DNA from: Hydrurus foetidus
Lineage: Eukaryota
Direction of reading: 5' to 3'
Assembly (NCBI GenBank): GCA_900617105.1
Contig: UYFQ01000010.1
Span: 186,001 to 250,000 of the forward strand
DNA length: 64,000 nt
This document shows positions 10,907 to 20,424 of this stretch, in pieces. The translations under genes and the position numbers were made by a program. The notes beneath the pieces were generated by a model. It was not told the origin of the DNA, did not search any database, and saw only the letters and a program-made list of their open reading frames with translations. Every line of letters begins with the position of its first letter. The stretch's first letter is position 1.

Positions 10907-11473
10907 ATGTCCAGTATGAAACTCTCCAGGCGAAAGATTGTTAAGTCTACGAAGCGCCAGCATGGTATGACTTTGATTGTTGGTTTGATCTTGCTCATGA
11001 TGTTGACAGTCATTAGCACAATCGGTTTTCGCAATACAACGATGTCGGAGCGGATGACGGGTAACACTGTTGATCGAAATGTATCGTTTCAGTCGGCCGA
11101 AAGTGCAGGCAAAGAGGCTTTGCAGGTCGTTGAATCTGGCAGTTTTAATATAGCAACTCTAGGACACTATGCAGCGCCAATTGCGCAAGGTGGAACAACA
11201 ACCTATTGGACGCAAGGCAAAGGCGCTGCAAGCGTTGCACAGGCTAGTTGTGCAACCACAACGCCTTTCAGTTGGCAAAGTTGCTCTGCGCAGGTTACCG
11301 CGAAGTACACAAACAACGCAAACAACGCACAGTACGTGATTGAGTTGCTGACCCAGGCTTCAAGTGGTGGCAGCACCACTACCACTTACCGGATTACTTC
11401 TAGAAGCACAGGAGGCTCTGACCTTGCTGATGTTGTATTGCAAACGCTCTATGTGCGAACCACAACGCCTTGA
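10907..11473 (+). CDS. pilX: Type IV minor pilin PilX
   Basis: QHGMTLIVGLILL without Glu5, FQSAESA, YRITSRSTGG. Confidence 0.9.
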   Translation: MSSMKLSRRKIVKSTKRQHGMTLIVGLILLMMLTVISTIGFRNTTMSERMTGNTVDRNVSFQSAESAGKEALQVVESGSFNIATLGHYAAPIAQGGTTTYWTQGKGAASVAQASCATTTPFSWQSCSAQVTAKYTNNANNAQYVIELLTQASSGGSTTTTYRITSRSTGGSDLADVVLQTLYVRTTTP

Positions 11474-11494
11474 GCCTGAAAGCGGAGTGAAATT

Positions 11495-14400
11495 ATGATT
11501 ACTTTTTGCAAAACTGTAGCGTGCCAAATTAGTTTGAAGTTGCGAGAAGTTGCTTCAGGCTTCGGCTCGCTGTGCAAGACCATTTTTGTTTTTGGTGCAT
11601 TGTCTGTGGCTTTCTCAGCCGTAGCCCAGACCACTGTATCTTTGACTCAAACCCCCTTGCTGGCGCTTAAAACTACACCAGGCCTGGTGATGTTGACTAT
11701 GAGCCGAGATCACCGATTGTTTTATTCTGCTTATAACGACACCAGCGACCTGAATGGCGACGGTCTGATTGACGTAGGTTTCAAGCCAGCCATTTCGTAC
11801 TACGGCTACTTTGCCAACGATCGTTGTTATGAGTATCAAACGAGTTCTGCACCGAACCGATTTGTACCTGTCGCCTTGGCCCAGACAGCCGATGGTTGTA
11901 ATACACAAACAGGGCGGTGGCACGGTAACTGGCTGAATTGGGCTTTGACGTCCCGGATGGATGCCTTGCGTAAAGTACTGTATGGCGGGTACCGCCAAAC
12001 AGATACCCTGAGCCGAACAATACTAGAAGCTGCCAATATCCCAGGGGACAGCCATGTCTGGGGCAAAGAGTACCGGCCTACGCAAATTACTAGCTGGACA
12101 GGTTTCAATACTGCCACTGTAGCAACTGCTAGAGCCACCCAAAGTACGGCAAGCCCGGTGTATGGACCTGCGGTGGATGCTGGTTATGACATCACGTGGT
12201 ACACCCCGCTTCCGAAGCCGGCAGACGGAAAGATGCACATCTTTTTGGTGAAGAGCGAGGGTGATGATGCCAGTGTTTATCAAAATCGAAAAGTGCCTAC
12301 GTTCAGGGTCCAAGCGAATGTGGACGCCATGATCGATCGCGTTTGGCTATGGTCATCTAGTGAGCGCCCCATTGCCGGACCCAACGGCCAATTCCATTTT
12401 GATCGTCGCTCGGGGTGTTTTACCAATTCCGGTTTGCCTGGAATAGAGGCTGGGTGCCCTACGACGAATCTGACAGTCAATCGTCCTGTGCCAGTTACGA
12501 ATTTGTTTGCGCCGCAGAGTAATCCAGTTGTATATACCTCTAAATATCCGGCAAATAATTACACAGCTGCGACATATGCCTTGCAAGTTCGTGTGCAAAC
12601 CTGTGTAGCCATTGGTGGTGCTGTGGAGTCCAATTGCACTGGGTATCCGTCAACTTCGCCCACAACTTACAAACCCACAGGTGTTTTGCATGAGTACGGG
12701 GAATCAGACCAATTGAAGTTCGGCTTGTTAACAGGCTCCTACACCAACAACTACTCGGGTGGTGTTGTGCGCAAGGATATGGGTTCGTTTAAAGATGAGG
12801 TGGACTCTACGAACGGAAAGTTTATTACCACTGTTGACGGTATCGTCAAGACGATTGATCGCATTACTACGTATGGCTTCAACGGAAGTAGCGGATACGT
12901 TTACAACTGCGGTTTTAATTTCACAAGTTTGCGAACGCAGGGCCAATGCCATATGTGGGGCGCACCTGTCGCTGAAATGATGTTTGAGGGACTGCGGTAT
13001 TTTGCGGCGCAGACGCCTAATGCAGCGTTTACTTCTGGCGTATCTAGTACGACCAGTCCGGACTCTCGGGTAGGTTTGCCTCTGGTGAGTGCTTGGAAAA
13101 ATCCATTCCGTAAAGTGTCTGCGGGTGGTAGCCCAATATGCTCTCGTCCGGTGCAAATGGTGATTGCGGATCCTGTAACCAGTTTTGATTCCGATCAATT
13201 ACCAGGTGCAAGTTTTGCCATCAGTACCGGGTATGGCGCTCCCCTCGGTTCCAGCTCCGGCAATCTCAATGGCTCCACCGTGCTGAATGTCGCTACTGAG
13301 GCCGACGATATCTGGAACAAAGAACTACTGGCTGCAACGTCAGTAAAGCCGGCAGGAACCTTGTATGGCTCCTCGAAAAAATTCTTCATGGGTCAAACGA
13401 CCTTAACTAATGCTGACGGTAACCCTACGCCCAAGGCTGCAACAACATTTGCTCAAATGCGTGGTCATGGACCTGATGAAACCAACACGCAAGGAAGCTA
13501 TTACGCTGCCAGTATTGCCAAATTCGGTCATGAAAAGGGCGTGTTAGTCAATGACGGTGTGCCTGGAGGTACCACGCAGGTGGTCAATGTTGACACCATT
13601 TCCGTCGCATTGGGCAGCACCATCCCCCGGCTTGAAATCAAATACGCCGGTAATACGGTCACACTCGTGCCGTTCTCAAAGTCGGTAGGAGGGGGGGGGA
13701 TTAGCGCCACCCTAGGGCAGTTTCAGCCGACGGGTCTGATTACGTTGATGTATATCGACTCTATTTTCAATACGCATGCATCCAACGTGAACGCGGCCGT
13801 AAATGGCGGTCGACCTTACATCCGATTCATGGCGAGCTTCTCGGACATGGACCAAGGCGGCGATAACGAAGCAGACGCCAACGTTTATTACACCCTGACA
13901 GTGAATGCCACGGGGCAGTTGGTCGTTGACTTGGAGACCTATTACCAGGCGGGCTCTATTCAGCAAAATATGGGCTACATCATTTCGGGTACGACAAAAG
14001 ATGGTGTATATCTGGAGGTGGCTGACGAAGCGCCTGCCAATCCAATTTACTACCTCGACACACTTTCCGGGCAAGATCCTGCGCCCCTCGCAGGACGCAC
14101 GAATACTCTCAGTTTGGGCAAGACAGCATCGCGTACTTTCACTTTGGGGGCTGGCAGCGGTGGAACCTTTGTGCCTAAAGATCCACTCTGGTACGCAGCA
14201 AAGTACGGTGGCGCTGCTGCTTTTGATTCGAATAATGACCCTACCAACTATTTCAAGGTAATAAACCCTACGAATCTGCCGACGCAGATGGGAAAAGCCT
14301 TTAGGTCGGCGTCATCCTTGGCGGCCGTAGCGAGCACCAGCGTGGTGGGGGTAGGTCAGCGCAGCTTGGGCACTGCAGCTATTTACCAAGCCAATTACGA

Positions 14401-16342
14401 TTCTTTAACCTGGACTTCGCGGCTTTATGCATTCCAGGTTTTAAGCAGTGGGGTGGTATCCAACACGACTTTGTGGGAAGCGTCTTCATTGTTGCCCGCG
14501 CCGGCGTCGCGATTGAATTTGTACCTTGGTCGAGGCGGGACAACTACGCCGTTCGCCTTGCGTACGGGTGACTATTCATCTCTCAGTTCCTCTGGCTCTC
14601 CAAGTGAACAGACTGACTTTGGGAACTCGGCAACCTACGAATACCTGATTGGTGACAAAAGCGGGGAAGAGCGCAAAGGCGGCCCCTTCCGCAATCGTGG
14701 AGCCACAGGCGCGACCGAGGTCGGTTCGACTCTGGGAGACATTGTGAACTCCGACCCGCAAATCATTTCCAAAAAAGACTATGGGTACGGGGCTGGGGAT
14801 GCAAGCTACACAAGTTTCTTTTCCACGATTTCTACAGAGTCATTAGCAGTGGGCTCCAACGATGGCTTCTTCCGTATTTTTGATGCAACCCCAACTGCCT
14901 CTGGCGGTAGTGAGCTACTGGGATTTATGCCCCAAGCAGCGCGCAAAAATATCAAGGATCTTGCATCTCCGAGTTATGCCCATCGCTACTTTGTTGACGG
15001 CTCTATCGGGATAGGGCACGCAAAGATCCCGGTCCCGGGTGACAGCGCCGTTGCGTGGCGTTCCTTGGCCGTGGTCGCTGGTGGCGCAGGTGCTCAGACT
15101 GTTTTTGCTGTCAACACCACTTCGCAGACTTACTCCGCTAACAGTATTCTTTGGGAGATAAACAGCAATACCACGTTACCTACTGGGTTCTCAGGTACGC
15201 TGGGTAATGTGATGGGTCGGCCAGCAATTGGAAAACTCAAGAATGGAGTTTGGGTTGCAATATTCGGCAACGGCTTTAACAGCACTGCAGCGACGGCGAA
15301 CCTATTTGTTGTGCGTTTGTCTGACGGTGTCATTCTGAAAGAGATTGCAACCAACTCGACACTTTTGGCCAACGGATTAGGCAGCACCGAGATTGTGATG
15401 TCGACAAGCGGCAATAAAGACACCATCGACTATGTATATGCTGCGGACTATCTGGGTAACGTTTGGCGCTTTGATCTTTCTAGCGTGACAGTTTCAAATA
15501 CTGGGTGGCCAGCGACTGGTGCTTTGGTCTACAAGACGCCAACTGGGCGGCATATTACTGCTGAAATCAAGGTGGGTGACGCTCCCAATGTGCCCGCTAC
15601 TGCGGGTGGGAAAATGATTTACTTCGGCACCGGAAGCTATTTGAATGGCGGTGATGCCAGCACGACGACGGTACAGGCCCTCTATGGCATTTACGATGAT
15701 CTGCTCTGGACGCTCAACTCCTCTGCGTCGGTGGCAGAAGTAGATTTAGTTGCCTCAACCATTTCAATGGTATCGACAACCACCGATGTACGCACCACTA
15801 CGACTCCTTGCACACCAGTGTTCCCTGCGACGACGTGCACTGCAGCGCCTTGGTATACGATTACTGGTAAAAAGGGCTGGGTACTGCCATTGACAGGCAC
15901 CAATGTTGCGGTGGGAGAGCGCGTTATCGCACCACCGGTTCGATATACGGTGCCCGGAAAGCTCGATGCATTTTTGTTTACATCCATCGTTCCCGGCACT
16001 GATGACTGCGTTTCTGGCGTGGACGCTTGGATTACCGGGGTAGATGCAATGACGGGGGCTTATAAGCAAGTTTTTAACGGCCTTGCATCGAATTCCGTGA
16101 AAGTAGTCGGCGGTTCACCTCGTGGCGTGTTCGTGTTGCAGGATGGCAGTGATCCATCCCTTTACATTAGCCAAACGCTGTTCAGTGGTAACGTAACAAC
16201 GTCCTATTCGACAAGTGCAGGTGGACAGCAGACGGTGATCATTAATGGCGTTCAAGGTAATACACAAATTCTTGGCATCAAATTGACAAAGCAAACCATC
16301 GCGGCTGCCGGTGCTCGTCAGGTTTGGCGGCAACTGAAGTAG
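11495..16342 (+). CDS. pilY1: Type IV pilus tip adhesin PilY1/PilC
   Basis: 1615 aa with signal-like N-terminus; [40 protein letters not shown] beta-propeller motifs; position between pilX and pilE. Confidence 0.9.
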   Translation: MITFCKTVACQISLKLREVASGFGSLCKTIFVFGALSVAFSAVAQTTVSLTQTPLLALKTTPGLVMLTMSRDHRLFYSAYNDTSDLNGDGLIDVGFKPAISYYGYFANDRCYEYQTSSAPNRFVPVALAQTADGCNTQTGRWHGNWLNWALTSRMDALRKVLYGGYRQTDTLSRTILEAANIPGDSHVWGKEYRPTQITSWTGFNTATVATARATQSTASPVYGPAVDAGYDITWYTPLPKPADGKMHIFLVKSEGDDASVYQNRKVPTFRVQANVDAMIDRVWLWSSSERPIAGPNGQFHFDRRSGCFTNSGLPGIEAGCPTTNLTVNRPVPVTNLFAPQSNPVVYTSKYPANNYTAATYALQVRVQTCVAIGGAVESNCTGYPSTSPTTYKPTGVLHEYGESDQLKFGLLTGSYTNNYSGGVVRKDMGSFKDEVDSTNGKFITTVDGIVKTIDRITTYGFNGSSGYVYNCGFNFTSLRTQGQCHMWGAPVAEMMFEGLRYFAAQTPNAAFTSGVSSTTSPDSRVGLPLVSAWKNPFRKVSAGGSPICSRPVQMVIADPVTSFDSDQLPGASFAISTGYGAPLGSSSGNLNGSTVLNVATEADDIWNKELLAATSVKPAGTLYGSSKKFFMGQTTLTNADGNPTPKAATTFAQMRGHGPDETNTQGSYYAASIAKFGHEKGVLVNDGVPGGTTQVVNVDTISVALGSTIPRLEIKYAGNTVTLVPFSKSVGGGGISATLGQFQPTGLITLMYIDSIFNTHASNVNAAVNGGRPYIRFMASFSDMDQGGDNEADANVYYTLTVNATGQLVVDLETYYQAGSIQQNMGYIISGTTKDGVYLEVADEAPANPIYYLDTLSGQDPAPLAGRTNTLSLGKTASRTFTLGAGSGGTFVPKDPLWYAAKYGGAAAFDSNNDPTNYFKVINPTNLPTQMGKAFRSASSLAAVASTSVVGVGQRSLGTAAIYQANYDSLTWTSRLYAFQVLSSGVVSNTTLWEASSLLPAPASRLNLYLGRGGTTTPFALRTGDYSSLSSSGSPSEQTDFGNSATYEYLIGDKSGEERKGGPFRNRGATGATEVGSTLGDIVNSDPQIISKKDYGYGAGDASYTSFFSTISTESLAVGSNDGFFRIFDATPTASGGSELLGFMPQAARKNIKDLASPSYAHRYFVDGSIGIGHAKIPVPGDSAVAWRSLAVVAGGAGAQTVFAVNTTSQTYSANSILWEINSNTTLPTGFSGTLGNVMGRPAIGKLKNGVWVAIFGNGFNSTAATANLFVVRLSDGVILKEIATNSTLLANGLGSTEIVMSTSGNKDTIDYVYAADYLGNVWRFDLSSVTVSNTGWPATGALVYKTPTGRHITAEIKVGDAPNVPATAGGKMIYFGTGSYLNGGDASTTTVQALYGIYDDLLWTLNSSASVAEVDLVASTISMVSTTTDVRTTTTPCTPVFPATTCTAAPWYTITGKKGWVLPLTGTNVAVGERVIAPPVRYTVPGKLDAFLFTSIVPGTDDCVSGVDAWITGVDAMTGAYKQVFNGLASNSVKVVGGSPRGVFVLQDGSDPSLYISQTLFSGNVTTSYSTSAGGQQTVIINGVQGNTQILGIKLTKQTIAAAGARQVWRQLK

Positions 16343-16380
16343 GCATTAGGAAATTGGTTTATCTTGATGAGGAATATTTC

Positions 16381-16812
16381 GTGAATAAGAGCACTCAAAG
16401 CGGCTTCACGCTAATTGAATTGATGGTCACTATCGCGATCATTGGGATCCTTGCGACGATTGCGATGCCCTCGTACACGCAGTATGTTCAGCGCGGTCAC
16501 CGGTCCAGTGCAAAAGTAGTTTTGCTGGAGGCCGCTCAGTTCATGGAGCGCTATCGCTCCATTAATTTCAAGTATCCCGACGGAGCATCTGCAGGACAAC
16601 TTTTACCAACCAACGTTTCTTTGGCTCCCAAAGAGGGCGGAAAACGATACGACATTGCTATTAATACAACAAACCTAGAACCTGCAACTTCGTTCACATT
16701 AATGGCTACGCCGAGCGGCTGGTCTGATGCGCTCTGTGGGACTCTGTCTCTTAATAATTTAGGTATCAAAACGCAGACAATTGGTGATGCTGCAACGTGT
16801 TGGAACAGATAG
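16381..16812 (+). CDS. pilE: Type IV minor pilin PilE
   Basis: GTG start; [26 protein letters not shown]-terminal CG..CW. Confidence 0.9.
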   Translation: MNKSTQSGFTLIELMVTIAIIGILATIAMPSYTQYVQRGHRSSAKVVLLEAAQFMERYRSINFKYPDGASAGQLLPTNVSLAPKEGGKRYDIAINTTNLEPATSFTLMATPSGWSDALCGTLSLNNLGIKTQTIGDAATCWNR

Positions 16813-16826
16813 TTCTTGTTTGCCGA

Positions 16827-17276
16827 CTATCGACTCACCTCGTCCACCAACGTCTTGAACTCATCAATGTCCTCAAAACTCCGGTAGACACTGGCAAAGC
16901 GCACGTAAGCGACTTTGTCCAGCTTCTTGAGTTCGCGCATGACGAGTTCGCCGATGCGGGTGGACTGGACTTCGCGCAGGCCCAGGTTGAGGAGTTTTTC
17001 TTCTATGCGCTCGATGGCGCTGTCGATTTGCTCGGTGCTCACGGGCCGCTTGCGCAGGGCCAAATTCATGGAGGCGAGTAGTTTGGCGCGTTCAAACTCG
17101 ATGCGGCGACCGTCTTTCTTGACGATGGCCGGAAAGTTGACATCCGGGCGCTCATAGGTGGTGAAGCGCTTCTCACACGATCCGCACTGGCGGCGGCGGC
17201 GGATGAAGTCCCCGTCTTCAGAAATTCGGGTCTCCACTACCTGGGTTTCCGAATGACTACAGAACGGGCACTTCAT
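16827..17276 (-). CDS. nrdR: Transcriptional repressor NrdR
   Basis: MKCPFC, RRRRQC..C..RFTTYE, ATP-cone, [10 protein letters not shown]. Confidence 0.97.
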   Translation of the reverse strand: MKCPFCSHSETQVVETRISEDGDFIRRRRQCGSCEKRFTTYERPDVNFPAIVKKDGRRIEFERAKLLASMNLALRKRPVSTEQIDSAIERIEEKLLNLGLREVQSTRIGELVMRELKKLDKVAYVRFASVYRSFEDIDEFKTLVDEVSR

Positions 17277-17292
17277 CGTTTTCTAACTTGAC

Positions 17293-18352
17293 TTACTTGT
17301 AGACCGGGAAGCGAGAGGTCAGGGCGTGCACCTTGGCGCGCACGGTCGCAATATTCGCCTCATCGCGCGGGTTGTCCAGTACATCAGCAATCAGATTGGC
17401 TGTAGCGCGGGCTTCTTCGTCTTTGAAACCGCGGGTGGTCATGGCTGGGGTGCCGATGCGCACGCCGCTGGTGACCATGGGTTTCTCAGGGTCGTTGGGG
17501 ATGGCGTTCTTGTTGATGGTCATGTGGGCAGCGCCCAACACGGCCTCGGCTTCTTTGCCGGTAATGCCCTTGGAGCGCAAGTCCACCAGCATGACGTGGC
17601 TGTCGGTACCGCCGCTGACGATGCGCAGGCCGCGGGCGTTGAGCGTTTCGGCCACGATTTTGGCGTTGCGCACCACTTGCTGCTGGTAAGTTTTGAACTC
17701 GGGAGCCATGGCTTCTTTGAATGCAACTGCCTTGGCAGCAATGACGTGCATCAGCGGGCCACCTTGCAGGCCGGGGAAAATGGCGCTGTTGATGGCTTTT
17801 TCGTGCTGTGCCTTCATCAGGATGATGCCCCCGCGCGGGCCGCGCAGGCTCTTGTGGGTGGTGGAGGTCACCACGTCGGCGTGGGGCACGGGGTTGGGGT
17901 ACACGCCTGCGGCGATCAGGCCTGCGTAATGGGCCATGTCCACCATGAAGATGGCGCCCACGTCCTTGGCCACTTTGGCAAAACGCTCAAAGTCAATGGT
18001 CAGCGAGTAGGCCGATGCGCCCGCGATGATCAGCTTGGGTTTGGATTCATGGGCTTTGCGCTCCATGGCGTCATAGTCGATGGCTTCGTTGGCATCCAGC
18101 CCGTAGCTCACCACGTTGAACCATTTGCCGCTTATGTTCAGGGCCATGCCGTGGGTCAGGTGACCGCCCTCGGCCAGGCTCATTCCCATGATGGTGTCAC
18201 CGGGCTTCAGGAATGCCAGAAAAACGGCTTCGTTGGCCGATGCGCCGCAATGGGGCTGTACGTTGGCAGCTTCGGCGCCAAAAATCTGCTTGATGCGGTC
18301 GATGGCCAGTTGCTCGGCCACGTCCACGTGCTCGCATCCACCGTAGTAGCGG

Positions 18353-18386
<34 letters not shown>

Positions 18387-18537
18387 GCTGGCTGCCTTGG
18401 GCGGCCATGACAGCGGGGGAGGCGTAGTTTTCGCTGGCGATCAGCTCAATGTGGTGTTCCTGGCGCGCGTTTTCGGCCAGGATGGCAGCCCACAATTCGG
18501 GGTCGGCTTGCTCAACAAGGATATTGCGGTCGTACAT
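17293..18537 (-). CDS. glyA: Serine hydroxymethyltransferase
   Basis: [37 protein letters not shown] at 18537 preceded by an AGGA RBS. Confidence 0.98.
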
Positions 18538-18582
18538 GGCAGTCCTAAAAGACAAAGGGCCTATGGGTCTGAAAGACACAGG

Positions 18583-18701
18583 GCTGCCCAGGCGAACGGC
18601 TGATCACAAGCCCGAAAAGGAGTTGCGGCACGCTTCCCAGTGGTGTCCCACGTCAGCGCCGTTGATCCGGGTGGATCAGGCGCCTATCGCCAGTTGCGTG
18701 C
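18583..18701 (-). ncRNA. ZMP/ZTP (pfl) riboswitch upstream of glyA
   Basis: Minus strand gcacgc-aactggcga...gtgg-gaca-ccac-tgggaa-gcgtgc...gccgttcgcctgggcag: P1, P2, P3 and pseudoknot complementarity (uggcga/ucgccu); one-carbon gene downstream. Confidence 0.9.
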
Positions 18702-18725
18702 AATGCGGAGTTTACCCGACTCGGC

Positions 18726-19544
18726 TCAGGAGTTGGCTAAGCTGGCTACGTTTTCCACTGTGGCGGGAGTGGCCATTGTGGGCGCTTGCAGCTTGACGGG
18801 CACAGGCATGGGCGATGCCATGGGCACCGCGCGGCCTGAAGCCACCAGTTGCAGACGGGCATGTTCTGCCAGCACCTTGGCGCTGTAGCCGCCGTCTTCT
18901 TCCATGTTGCCTGCGCCCACATAGAACTTCAGGCCGCCTTCAATGGATCCGGCGCGGGCGATGCACTCTTGCAGTACTTTCACGCCTACGCGCAGGTTGG
19001 ACACGGGGTCAAACGCTGCGAGCTTGCCGCCAAAGTTCTCGTACTTGTCGCTGTGCACCTTGGTCATGACCTGCATCAGGCCTTGGGCGCCCACATGGCT
19101 TTGGGCAAAGGGGTTGAAGCCGGATTCAATCGCCATCACAGCGAGGATCAGGGTTGGGTCCAACTTGGTACGTTCGCCAGTCACATAGGCCTCTGCCACC
19201 AAAGCGCTCAAAGGTTCTGGCGCTATGCCGTACTTCCGGCTGAGCCAGAAGGCCACTGCGGCTTGCTGCTTGGGCAACGCTTGCGGGTTGGTGGCCGTGG
19301 CGCGGTCTACCGCTTCGGGTTCGTTGGTCATGCCGGTCTCGGCCACGTGGCGGTTTTGCAACCATCCCATGAGCTGAACTTCGCCGGCTTGGCGGATTTC
19401 TGGTTTTGCCGTGAGGGTGATGATGGCAAACATGACAGCCAAGCCCAGCAGGGCGAAGCCGTTGTGTGTAATTTCGAAGAAACCTTGGGCGATGTCTGAC
19501 GCAACGATGCGCAGGCCCTTGGTGAATTGTTGAGTCGCTGTCAT
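18726..19544 (-). CDS. Lytic transglycosylase (SLT domain)
   Basis: ILAVMAIESGFNPFAQS, GAQGLMQV motifs. Confidence 0.9.
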   Translation of the reverse strand: MTATQQFTKGLRIVASDIAQGFFEITHNGFALLGLAVMFAIITLTAKPEIRQAGEVQLMGWLQNRHVAETGMTNEPEAVDRATATNPQALPKQQAAVAFWLSRKYGIAPEPLSALVAEAYVTGERTKLDPTLILAVMAIESGFNPFAQSHVGAQGLMQVMTKVHSDKYENFGGKLAAFDPVSNLRVGVKVLQECIARAGSIEGGLKFYVGAGNMEEDGGYSAKVLAEHARLQLVASGRAVPMASPMPVPVKLQAPTMATPATVENVASLANS

Positions 19545-19895
19545 AGCTCTTCCTTCTTAGGCGGGGGCCGGTACCTTGGCGCTGTTATTCAGCGGGGCAG
19601 TTCGACTCCTCGTTTGGGTTGGTACGCTATCAATATCCTGCGGCGTCGTCTCGACATGTGCAGCGATTTGAATATGCCGGGTTCGGCAGCGGGGCGGGTT
19701 ATCCCTAGTCAAAACTTGGAATGGCCGGATTCTAGGGTGCTTTTATATACATAGTCAACAATAACAAATTGATTCTTTATATTTATTGATGTTTTAAGCC
19801 GGCCATTTCGGGGGTAAAACGACAAAAAACACGGCAAATAGAGTGAGGGCCTCAATCCCTCCAATCGGCTTGGTCGGGGCCATTGAAAGATCGAT

Positions 19896-19924
19896 TTGCA
19901 ACCCGCGGGGCCGGTGACTATAGT
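19896..19924 (+). promoter_or_regulatory. Putative sigma70 promoter
   Basis: TTGCAA (19896-19901), 17-bp spacer, TATAGT (19919-19924). Confidence 0.65.
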
Positions 19925-19929
19925 GATGT

Positions 19930-20144
19930 CGTCTGCAGTTGCAGGCGAATTACCGGCAGTAGCCAGTCCGTGCTGAGGGCACTGTGATAAAGCGGCCCCG
20001 GTAACTTCAATGGAGGCAATCCATTGCTTCTAGACCGCTTGGGACGCCATACTCCCTTGCGGCAAGCCCTGATGGCATGGACCTGTGGTCAGCCATCGAG
20101 CCCGGCACCTGTCTGTGAAGACTGGTGTCGGGCTTTCTTGTTTT
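19930..20144 (+). ncRNA. Candidate structured small RNA (unassigned)
   Basis: Bounded by a sigma70 promoter and an intrinsic terminator; several internal hairpins; no substantial ORF. Confidence 0.55.
20099..20144 (+). terminator. Rho-independent terminator
   Basis: agcccggcacc-tgtct-gtga-agac-tggtgtcgggct followed by ttcttgtttt. Confidence 0.7.
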
Positions 20145-20232
20145 CGCACGGGGTCTTCTGGGGAAATTGCGTGCGCACTCTATATAGATAGTGCGTGCGC
20201 AGAAGTTGCACTGTAGAAGTCGGGTTGTCGCG

Positions 20233-20290
20233 CGCTATTGGTTTGATAGCTGCTAGCGCAATGTTTACGCGGGCTAGAGGCCCATTTCTT
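20233..20290 (+). repeat. Dispersed fixed-spacing repeat, intergenic copy
   Basis: gctattggtttgatagc-tgcta-gcgc-aatgtttacgcgg-gctagaggcccattt. Confidence 0.85.
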
Positions 20291-20424
20291 ATAAATTGGC
20301 AGGTCGCAGTGGACATGACACACAGTGGTTCGCGATGGGCATATCAAAAACATCGGGAGCCGCCTCATTTCGCGGCGAAAATAGCGGGTTGCGCATTTGC
20401 ATTCAACCTATCCCCGAGCCCACT

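Noticed and set aside
19926..19976. 16-codon leader peptide MSSAVAGELPAVASPC
   Set aside because: Its ATG lies immediately after the -10 box, upstream of the likely start site; no RBS and no regulatory codon run.
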